Shown: positions 37,705-48,190 of the stretch, one piece after another
How positions within the stretch are numbered: the first letter of the stretch is position 1
How the letters are laid out: each line of letters begins with the position of its first letter
Origin: Takakia lepidozioides
Taxonomy: Eukaryota; Plantae; Bryophyta
Direction of reading: 5' to 3'
Length of the DNA: 64,000 nt
NCBI GenBank assembly: GCA_030704615.1
Contig: CM060734.1
Location: 46,190,001 to 46,254,000 of the forward strand
Program-made: the position numbers and the translations under genes
Notes under the pieces: generated by a model
Seen by the model: the letters and a program-made list of their open reading frames with translations, nothing else
What the model was told of the DNA's origin: nothing
Databases searched by the model: none

Positions 37705-38375
37705 TGTGTGGACTAGTGACTGCCATAGTGGGCAGCATAGTGGCAGCCTAATGACTGACTAGTTGTAGCCTAGTGGTTGGACTAGTGGTATACTAATGTG
37801 TGGTGTGCACATGTGTTATGTGGTTTTGGACAGCGATGTAGTTTGTGTAGCGATATGTATGCGCACGACAGGTGTCAAGTTATTTTACCACTAGTGTAAA
37901 ACTAGCTAGGAAATAGCTAGCTTTTACATATTGACATTTGGGATTGGCCCAAGTGTCAATCCAGGGGTCAAGGCAGATTTAGGCCCTGGAGTGGTTATTT
38001 TCACGGCAAGTGCGGGAGGCTCATCTTTCTTGAGTTGAGCCTCAGCGCCTAGCTATGGCGCCGTAGTGTGGATTCCCCATGGCGTGGGGTGCACTTGGCT
38101 TGACTTGTATTTGAGTGATGAGGTTATATATGCATGAGTTTATGCTTCAGCTTTGTGAGCTCGCATGAGCTTGTGCTTGTATTCTTCTTCTTTATCATTG
38201 TGTGGACTAGTGACTGCCATAGTGGGCAGCATAGTGGCAGCCTAGTGACTGACTAGTTGTAGACTAGTGGTTAGACTAGTGGCTGGACTAGTGGTATACT
38301 AGTGTGTGGTGTGCACATGTGTTATGTGGTTTTGGACAGCGATGTAGTTGTGTAGCGATATGTATGCGCATGACA
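37705..38375 (+). repeat. 3' LTR of copy 2 (TG...CA, 671 bp) with ~170-bp terminal direct repeats
   Basis: 37705-37870 and 38199-38375 are near-identical and each runs TG...CA. The unit follows the PPT. Confidence 0.8.
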
Positions 38376-41285
38376 AGTCTCTTTGATTGACAATTGTGGT
38401 AACCAGATCGCAAGTCCAATGTGCTAAACATCTTCATATGCCCAATGGCATCAAAGATCTGCTTTGGAGTTGGCATGACATATATCTCGAACTTAGTCTG
38501 ACGGTTTACAAGACGATAGTCCCCACACATCATTCTTTCTGTCCAATTGCCATAGATTTCCTTCTTAGTTGGCGTAACCGTTGCCGAGGCATACTCCCCA
38601 CCTGACAACTCCACCAATCCAGTTTCGAACAACTCCATAGTCTGTGACTGGATCAAATACCTCTTCATGTCATTATACCTATAGGGTCTTTGAAATATTG
38701 GCGTGTCACTTGCTAAATCAATACGAATCTCTTGGCCCTTCAAACTCCCCAAATCCTTCAAACCGAAGGCAAAGTAATTCCTACAAGGCTCCCTTAGAAA
38801 TCACTAGATCCTCCGTCTATCTCCTCCGGTGACTGTAGGTCCAACATCTGATTCCCAATTGTCTTCAGTGACTGCAACTTTGGGTACACCAGGCTTGGAG
38901 GTAGGAGACGTATCCTTTGGTTGGGGGTTTGCTATTCTATCAGCTACCAGCCATCAGTGTGATGTGGATGCGCAAACGGCGGCCACATGACAATATAATA
39001 TTTTTTCTCAGGCTGCCCGTAATTGTATGCTTGGATTTGTGAGAAACAATAATGAAAAATGACACGGGATTGTATTGACATGCCACCTTTGGCTGCCGAA
39101 GGTGGAGGCTGAGCGGGAGAACATAAAGGTAAAAACGAAATAAATGGATGTAGAAAAAAAAATATATAAAAAATAAAACCAACATTGTACTGACATGCAC
39201 CTTTGGCTGCCGAAGATGGAGGCTGAGCGGAAGAACATAAAGGTAAAAATGAAATAAATGGATCTTGGAAAAAAAAAAAAACCAACATGAGATATGGACT
39301 TCTAATGTGGAAGAATTCTGCACGAACGTGGAAGAATTCTGCATGTTTTTAGCCGTTTTAATCTTTAGCTTGGATTATCGTATGCTACAGAAATGTCCAA
39401 TGATGCTAGTGAAAAATATATATATTTGTTGGACCTAAGTTGAACGAAGATAGCTCTTCTGTCCTTGTATAAGGTACTTTTCGCTTTTTGGAATGTGATC
39501 TTTTATTCAATTTCAAACTCTAATTTATTTTTATTTTTCCGGGCAGGTTCGTTGGGCAGATTGAAATGTTCTTGTTCACCTTCATTGACCTTCGTCACTG
39601 ATGGAATTGCGTTGGTAACTGACAAAATAGGTGCTCTCCTTTGGTTGTTAGATAACAACCTCTTGGGCCTTGTCCGCCCACTCTGACTGTGGCGTAGCCT
39701 CCACTTGCTCCGCCATAGCCACCTTGAGAACATCCGCTGAGTAAGAAACATTCTCAACCTCTTAAAAACCTTGGCCACGCCTCCAACTGTGTATGGCTCC
39801 CCCCACTCCTCATACTGTTGCTTGAGAGATCCAATGATTCTCTCCTTGCGCATCTCATCCCACATCTGCCATGGGTGTTTGCACCCCATGATCTTGTGCT
39901 CGCCCGCACTCACTGCCTCAACCATCCCGGTTGGCATGGAGGATGCACTATCCAATGGGAGTGCCGAAGTAGCCACCATTGCTTGCAATCTCCGTTGTCC
40001 ATGAGCCATGCACATGCCAATGACCCATGTCAAGCAATTTAGATCCATTGCTTGACCCAACTTTTGGCGGCATGGTGCATTTGACAGAGCTGGCACAGCT
40101 GTAGTGCATGTGACAAATCTTATTGCCCGCATTAGGCTCCACCAATTGAGCTATAGCACATTGTCCCAAATCAACCCAAGACCATTGTCTTGGAAAGCAT
40201 GAGACAAGGGGAAGCTCATGAGTGTAGACAAGGCAACATGTGGCTGCCCCACTCGATTGACCACCACCAAAAGTGGACGGTCATCATGTCGCACCCTCTG
40301 TGGTTGCCTCCATTGGTCCAAAATTCCCTCAACCGTGAGATTGGGTGGCTTTTGAATGGAATCGTATGCTCTCTTAACTAGCTCTGGTGGTGCAAGATGG
40401 GTCCACCATAATCGATGCGCGCGTGATCCCACCGCTGCTGCATCTAATAGCACTGTTGATCCAATCCAAGACCGCACCTGATGCACATTGGTCATCACCC
40501 TGGAACGAGAATCCCCCATAAGAGGAACATTCAGCTCCAGGATATAGGCTAAAGGTTGCACTTGCTTCGTCTGCAAGTCACGCAACACTCTCAACATCTC
40601 CCAAACAAATGCAACCTCGCATCATGCAAGCCATTCCCATGACCTGCGAGAGAGTGTCATTGGCAAGGCCATCTGGCTATCACCAAGTCAATGGAACCAT
40701 GCTGGTCCAAATCATCCGCCCCCAGCAAGGTAATGTCTGCTGGCAAGGCCTTTTGATACCCTTGAATTGTAGAGAGATGCAACAACTCAAGATACCGGTG
40801 TGTGAGCAAGACGATGTGGCATATAGAAATACGTCGAGCAATCTCATCCTTCTCCACATACAAGTACTTGCATACTTTAATCCATAGGTCTACTTGCAAC
40901 ACTCCTGCAAGCCCAGTGCTCATGCCTTCAAACATGTCTAGCAAACAAATCCCTGAGTCAGGTGGTTGCTAGGTAATGGGCATCGTGTCCAAAGGAGCTA
41001 ACTGAGGAGGTCAAGGTGATGTCAATGAACTCCCGTCACTCACCAATGGAAATGCCTTCTGCCATGCTTGGTGCACACACTGACTTGCTACTTGCTGCAA
41101 ATCCCTAACTGTATCCCACAGTGGAATATGAACAGGCACATGAGAAAACAACTCGGCCTTGTATGCCAATTGCCTCTCATCATCAGGTGATGGGCTATCA
41201 TCTGCATGGCTACTGCCCTCCAAGAGCTCACCACCCCAAGCCACCACCCCTAAGAATGCAGCCAATGTGGGCATCGTTAGAAGCA
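38376..41285 (-). mobile_element. Copy 3 of the DNMT Gypsy family (PR-DNMT linker, DNMT, N-terminal RT), more decayed, truncated at the copy-2 LTR
   Basis: LDMFEGMSTGL, YLYVEKD, IDLVIARWPCQ, AYILELNV, LLDAAAVGSRAHR, QKLGQAMDLNCL, RMMCGDYR and STLDLRSGYH on the minus strand, colinear with 32860-34980. Confidence 0.9.
38923..39636. mobile_element. Non-autonomous Mutator-like element inserted in copy 3
   Basis: Flanked by duplicated TCCTTTGGTT (38913-38922 and 39637-39646). Imperfect TIRs CTATTCTATCAGCTACCAGC versus rc CTATTTTGTCAGTTACCAAC. Internal ~115-bp tandem repeat. Confidence 0.75.
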
Positions 41286-41699
41286 TTCGTGTCTTTTCCG
41301 AATCGACTGGGTGTCCGTCAACCACTCCGGGAACCACTTGGCAGTAAGCGGGACTACTAGAGAGTCGAAACGGACAATGCGGGGCCACGGGGGCATTTCA
41401 GACGGCAGGCATAAGTGGGGTCAACGACTCTGGAGTCGTAGCAAAAATCTGGGCTATTTAATTAATTGCGTAAATACATAAAATCTGAAAAAACGGAAAT
41501 TACAAGTGGTTCTAATTACTGCACATGCGACTAGAAATTTTCATTCATAATTCGATTAATGGAATAAAGATATTTATTTATTAAAGTGAATATGTAGTCG
41601 ACTCAACGACTCCATGAACCACTGCGCATTGATTGCACCCGTGATTCGCGGCCATATTTGCTGACGTGTGTTTTACAAAAATAGGCAAACAAAATCTGG

Positions 41700-43616
41700 C
41701 CTTGGGGGCTTGCATTACTGCCTCCACTTGGAAGTGATATGGAAGGTCCATGGTGACATCGTGAAAGCTGGAATTGTAGGGTTTGCCATTCTGAACACCG
41801 CCCTGGTGGACATGTATACCGAAGATGCAATGTTTGAAGATGCAAAGGTAGTGTTTGACTGTGGCTCAACGAGATGTGGTGTCGTGGAGTACAATGGTCG
41901 CATTGGCAGCAAGGCAAGGATGTATGCATGACTTGTACAGAAGCCGTGATAGCTGAAGGAGCAGGATAGAGTGTGGGTCCATATTCATCCAAGAGGGTCG
42001 GATTTCAAGCTCCAGATTACCTATGGATCCCTGTGGAAGGATAGCTACAAGAAACCTCCATGGGTAGATGGTTAGCTGGAAGCGGCAGCTGTAGCGGCAC
42101 AGTTGATAAAATCAGGCACCTCAACCATGACCACAGCTTCTAGAAGAGGATCAGGAGAGGGAGTCCACAATGCCTCTTCTGGCACTTATGGGCATGTGAA
42201 GATGTTTTATGAGGCAGGCAGACTGAAAGAGGCTCTACAGACTTTAAACCAAAAAGACATTTCAGCAGATGTAGATACGTATGTGACATGTCTCTTGCAT
42301 AAGTGCATCAAGATGAAAGGCCTAGAAGTTAGAAAGCAGGTGCACACTCACATTGTCCACATTGGATTCACACACAGAATGCCTCAACGATCTTTGATCA
42401 CGTGCACGGCAGGGGCGTGGTATGGAGGCCTTGGAGAATGTGGTGAGGGCACCTTCTTCTTCGACCTATTTCAACCTGTTTTTCCCTCTCATTAGACTCG
42501 GCCCTGAATTTACATATTGAATTGTCAAGGACAATGTGGTGAGGGCACCTTCTTCTTCGACCTATTTCAGCCTGTTTTGCCCTCTCATCAGACTCGGCCC
42601 TGAGATGCATATTGAATTCTGTAAGTTAGCTCGTTGGATGGATCTGTGGTGGTTTGGAATGACAATGACAAGTAACTGCCAATGTAGCAGCAGGAAAGTA
42701 TCCAAAACAGATTACAGAGATGAGGAGAAGGTGTGGAATGAATACTTTGTTGATCCCAATGAATGGTGGGACAACCGAGGCAAAAAGTTGAATGCCTGTT
42801 AGATGACAGAGAGCAGCAGACGCAATTCAACATAGGAACTAGTGTGATTGGTAGGTTGTCATTGTCAGCTACTAGCAACAAGGGCAAAAATGAATGCATG
42901 ATTTGTGCAGAGGCATGGATAGCTGAAGGAGAAGGGATAGAGTGTGGGTCTAGATTCATCCAAGAGGGCCGGACTTCAAGCTCCAGATTACCTGTGATTC
43001 CATGTGGATCAATAGCTACAAGAAACCTAAATGGATAGATGGTCAACTAAAGGCAACAGTTGCAACGGCACAGTTGATAAAATCAGGCACGTCCAGGCAG
43101 ACTGACAAAGGCTGTAGGTCTGGAAGCTGGAATCAGATGCTCAAGTGCTCACATTATCCAAAGTGGATTCATGCCAAATGTTTTTTCTACTCAACACCCT
43201 TGTCAACATGTATGTTAAGTGCGGGAGCATCATGGATGCTCGCCAAGATTTCTACAGAATGCCTCAACGATCTTTGATCATGTGGAATATAATGTTGGCA
43301 GGATTTACCAAGCATGGGTGTGGTAGGAATGCTTTGGCGAACTATGAGCAAATGTTGCACAAAGGGGTGAAGCCCAACCACATCACGCTTGCGCATGTTT
43401 GCAATGCGTGTACAAGCCTGGGACCTCTGGAAAAGGGGAAAGAGGTCCATGGTGACATCGTCAAAGCTGGAATTGTACTAGATGTCATCCTGAACACTCC
43501 CCTGGTGGACGTCTATGCCAAATGTGGGTGCATTAAGGATGCAAAGGGAGTTTTCAACACTATGGCCGAACCAAATGTAGTGTCATGGAACGCGATGCTT
43601 GCAGCGTATGCACAGC
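41700..43616 (+). pseudogene. PDF-motif plus PLS-PPR gene fragments (pseudogene mosaic)
   Basis: DEEKVWNEYFVDPNEWWDNRGKK, WINSYKKPKWIDGQL, and PPR motifs NTLVNMYVKCGSIMDARQDF..SLIMWNIMLAGF and NTPLVDVYAKCG..VVSWNAMLAAYAQ. Confidence 0.8.
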
Positions 43617-44790
43617 CACTACAACAAATTGCGGCTTTTACGTCTCTGTGTTATGACTGCAAATGCAGTCATGGAAGCCATTTACGACTTCCTGACTCTG
43701 CAGACGTAAAGACCTAGTCAGTTGTGACATGGCAGATATGCCTCTCCAGGCTGGCTGTCACGTGGCGCCAGAGCAGCTGTGGGGGTAGTCATACACGCTG
43801 GCTTTACTGAATGACTGAACGGACAATGTAGTCCATGTCAGCGGCTGTGCAAGAGTGGCACGTGCTCGATGCAGGAAATGACACGTGGTAGAGTTTAGCT
43901 CTCCATGACTGCGAACTATGACTACGGGTGTGCTAATCCGGTTGCAACACGTGGCGCGTTGCAGTTTTTACACGTGGTCCATCAGCAGATTGACATGTGT
44001 CATGATGGGTGTTTTTTTGGGGTGTATTGCTATTTTTTTACATATTTGTATTTCTGCCACGTGGTGTAGCACTATTGGAGAGTGAAAATAGATGTAGTCA
44101 TTATTATGACTATGATAGCAGTCATGTACATGTCTATTACAACAATGAAATATAATATATAATACAAAGAGAACAAGGCAGCAAGACATAACTGCAACAA
44201 GCTGAGCAAAACCAAGAGATTGCACACCATCTCTATTTACCAATCTATTTATCATTATCATTTTTGTTGCGATCTAAAAATACATTAAATAGTCGCATGT
44301 TCTCATGTGAATTATTTTGTCTAACTATAACACTTTGAAAAGTGTTCACCCAGAATCTTCTAACTACTCATGTATTCCATCAATCTGCAACCCATCAAAA
44401 ACGGCTTGCATGGCTTTAAGAATTACTACAGCAAGGACATTTGTTTGTTTTCCAAGTTCTTGCATAAGATGCACCAACCAATATTTCATTGTGAGACACT
44501 CACTCGCTATACTCCAAAGCATCCAGGGAAGGTCACTGAGCAACCTGCCAAGGCGGAAACAATTAAGAGAATTATCTAATACCATATATGAAAAACCAAT
44601 GCCAGTGTTGTTTATGGTAACTTCTATCCCATGTCCTAAACAAACCAAAGCAAAAAGGTTGGTGTGTATTGGCGAAGTCGTCAGATATTTCACAAAGAAA
44701 CATGCACTAAAAATGAAACCCAGGATGATAGGAAGGTCACTCACGTTTATACAAAGACATCTTGCCCATTGCCCAGCACCCTGCGTCACC
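43617..44790. mobile_element. CACTA element terminal fragment (other end)
   Basis: Starts CACTACAACAAATTGCGGCTTTTA, with ATGACT/CACGTGG subterminal motifs. The internal boundary is approximate. Confidence 0.7.
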
Positions 44791-46050
44791 CACACTCTAT
44801 CTCTATTCCTTCAGCTATCCATGCCTCTGCACAAATCAAGCATTCATCCTTGCCTTGCTGCTAGCAGCTGACAATGACAGCCTACATTTGTTCTAGGAAA
44901 CACCCAACTCAGCGTAGCACACTAGTTTCTATGCTGAATTGTGTCTGCTACTCTCTGAAATGTAGCAGGCATTCACCTTTCTGCCCCGGTTGACCCATCA
45001 GTGACTGGGCTCAGATAAGTTTCATTCCACAGCTTCTCCTCATCTCTGTTACCTATTTTTTGACACTTTCCGGTTGTCACATTGGCAGTATCATGTCAAA
45101 GTCACTCCAAACTAGATTCACTCAACCAACTAACTTGCAGAATTGAACATGTAAATTTAGGGCCGATTCTGATAAGAGGGAAAAACAGGGTGAAATGTGT
45201 TGAAGAAGATGCCTTCATTAGCAGGGCCTGATTTTATCACTTGTGCCGCTGCTCCCAGTTGACCATCTACCCATGCAGGTTTCTTGTAGCTATTGATCCA
45301 CAGGGAATCATAGGGAATCTTGTGCTTGAAATCTGGCCTTCTTGGATGAATCTGGACCCACACGAAATCCCTACTCCTTCAGCTATCCATGCCTCTGCAC
45401 AAATCATGCATACATCCTCGCCTTGCTGCTAGCAGCTGACAATGACAGCCTAGAATTGTCAAAGCAAACATTAGCAGGGAAAACAAGGTGAAATATGTTG
45501 AAGAAGGTACCTTCATCCTTTTCTCCATCATTTGCTTTCAGGTGTCCAAAGCCCCATCCCGCGCTCCTGCTCTGCACACCCTTCAAGCATCGCATTCCAC
45601 GACACCACATCTAGTTCAGCCATAGTGTTGAACACTCCCTTGGCATCCTCAATGCTCCCACATTTAGCATACATGGCCACCAGAGCCATGTTCAGGATGA
45701 CATCTGGTACAATTGCAGATTTGATGATGTCACCAGGGATCTCTTTGCCCTTTTCCAAGGCTGCAGTCGCACTGCAAACGCACACAAACGTTATGTCGGT
45801 GGCCTTCACCCGTTCCCCCATCATTTTCTCAAAGGTTGGAGCCTCCATCCCGCACCCCAGCTGTGCATACCCAGCAAGCATCGCACTCCACGACACCACA
45901 TCTCGTTCAGCCACAGTGTTGAACACTCCCTTTGCATCCTCAATGCACCCACAATTGGCGTACATGTCCACCAGGGCAGGGGCAGTGTTCAAAAGGACAT
46001 GTGGTAATTTGACATGCATTCACCTCCTGACTTGGCTATTCCCAACCCAT
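44790..46050 (-). pseudogene. PPR and PDF-motif fragments
   Basis: ORF 45528-46019 has two PLS-PPR units. ORF 45157-45363 reads IHPRRPDFKHKIPYDSLWINSYKKPAWVDGQL. Confidence 0.8.
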
Positions 46051-48125
46051 CCTGCCATTGGCAAGAGATTCCACAGAAACTGATAGTTGTCTGTTTGACT
46101 ATATAACTATGTATCTCTTGCTTTCTTACAGCTTGTACTGTGACACGCGTAATGCTCTTGTTGTGTTGAATCATTTCACGCCTTCATGTTTCAGAACAAA
46201 CATTACCGTCTTTCTTTATCAGACATGTGCACCAAGACAGAATCTCACCAAAAGATTGTTGGTGTTCAACAGTACCATACATGAAGATAACTAGCACCAA
46301 AAGGGCATATGAAGCTTATTCTGCTCTCCACTGGTATTAACTTGCACCGGGACTTTCAATGGCTGTCTTCCAGTCCACCCACGGCCCGCTGTAAATGGCT
46401 TGCAACCTACAGATTTTCAAGAGAGCTGATTACCATGAAAATTTCAAAACTGGCTTTACAAACCTAATAATTCAAGCATAATCAGCATTCAAGCTAAGGA
46501 ACTTGGAGCGTGGGGGAGGAAATGCATGCTTAGCCCGGCTTAGCTAGCTTAGGAATCCGATTGCAAAAACTTGTATTGTACAAAAATTTGTTATAAAGGA
46601 AATGGGTTCCAAATGTTGTGCGTCCTATTTTGTTTGGAATGTTGATGCATGGTGTGGTTGGCTAGAATGTAGAATGCATGCTAGCTTACAAAAGTGGGAG
46701 AGGTAAATCGGGTTAATCGTGTGTTTGCGCAGTGCCAAAATGGGGTGACTCCCATCCAAGGGGCAAGGAAACTTGCGCCTTCTTTAGGAGTTCACGTGCT
46801 AGTGCGCACCTGGCACGTCCGCATACTATAACTGCGCTACCGAGGGGGTTGCTTTGTAGTGCGGGCTAACGCGGAAGCTACGTGCTTCCGTTCACGTACT
46901 ATAATCGTGTACCTCGGGACGAAGTCGTAGTGCGGCTTCGGCGTGTTCCCGTACCTCAGGCCAGCATTCCAAGGCGGACCCAATTGTAGTGATTGGGGCG
47001 CGCGGTTGGTTCAAGGTTATTTTCCTAGTCAAAGAGGGTTCGAGGTGAACCCTTGCTCAAGGTGATGCCAAAAGCGGCATCATGAGCGGTCGCAAGCAAT
47101 GTTGTTGCAGTAAGGCGATTTGATCCTCGGGGAGGATCGTTTCTTGGCCTTGAAGTAGGCCAAGAAGAGTGCACTGGGAGGAGCTTGAGAGGCTCCACCC
47201 TTGGCCGGGACTTGGAGGAAGTCGGCCGAACTAGCTAGTGGAGGGTAGAGTCAAGTGTGGGGTTTGGTTCTTTTCCATGGGACGCCATGGTACGGAAACA
47301 AACTCCTTGATGTGGGACGCCACAACTTGGATGTTCGTTTCCACAAAATGGACAAGCCGATGAGGACATCGACTCCCTGTTGGTAGGGGTGTGTGTCGCG
47401 GCCCTTTACCTTGAGGGCAGGGGGTCGGGACACAAGAGGGGCTGCCCCTGTGGTGGGGGCAGTGGCAGCGATAGGTATGGGGGGGGCTGAAGCACCCTTG
47501 AGTGCCCAAGGCACTCAAGGAGGCGGAGGCGCTCACTAGGTGGAGCCCCGCACACCGGGTTGCGGTGGGGGGTGGCTCCACAAGGGGTGGTGGTAGCTTA
47601 GCGGGACTTTAGTGGGGGTGGCATAGGACTCACCCTGGGGCGGAGACCTCGTGGTGGGAGTCGTGGGGAGTCTTGGGACTCATCACGGTCCATAGGGGCC
47701 GTGGTGGGTGGGCTAAGACTCACCGCGACTCATCACCGGGAGTCGAGGGTGTTCGTGGTGGTTCGCCATAAAATGACATGGTTGTTTGTGAAACCCCCGC
47801 GGACAGCTACAGAAGTATATATAGGGAGTAGTAACCCCGAGAACGGTGCAAGCCCGTTGGTGACCAAGAACTAGTGAGTAAACGAGCGAGCCGGAAAGCG
47901 ACCAAAGAGTGGGGAGCTGTTCCGGACTGCCAACTACCAAAGGGAATTCCGCTGGTTCCAAATCGTTGGAGGGTTCTTTGGGAGATCGAAGGGGGGACCG
48001 TTATGCCCCGGTGAGCAGCCGGAGCTCCAAGTTGGCCCGGCGGCCAGGTTGGAAGTTAGGCGCGCGCATCAAGCGAGTAACTATGATTTGAAGGGGGGGA
48101 GCTTACCGAAGTGAGGTGCGCGACA

Positions 48126-48190
48126 GGGGGTGCCACGCAGGCAGGACCAAAGGGGTCGCATTAAACTCCCGAGCCTTTTCTAATGTGCGC
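48126..48190 (-). repeat. 65-bp copy of the putative MULE TIR at 16362-16426, likely the end of an uncharacterised element (~46.5-48.2 kb)
   Basis: GGGGGTGCCACGCAGGCAGGACC.AAGGGGTCGCATTAAACTCCCG..CCTTTTCTAATGTGCGC is shared with three mismatches. Confidence 0.7.

Larger units (their letters stand above)
30194..38375 (+). mobile_element. Copy 2 of the DNMT/PHD Ty3/Gypsy family, near full-length: Gag-PR-DNMT-RT-RH-INT-PHD-PPT-3'LTR. Decayed, own 5' LTR missing
   Basis: Colinear domain motifs (see sub-features). Several stops and frameshifts. PPT AAGGGGG at 37694-37700 precedes TG at 37705. Confidence 0.93.

Noticed and set aside
37705-38375. Independent TRIM element (two short LTRs around 330 bp)
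   Set aside because: It directly follows the Gypsy PPT, has no internal PBS/PPT, and its middle is homologous to copy 1's LTR.
4676-41285. Copies 1 and 3 as two halves of a single element split by 30 kb of insertions
   Set aside because: About 385 bp of RT is missing between the breakpoints, a host gene lies between them, and copy 3 sits inside the inferred inversion.
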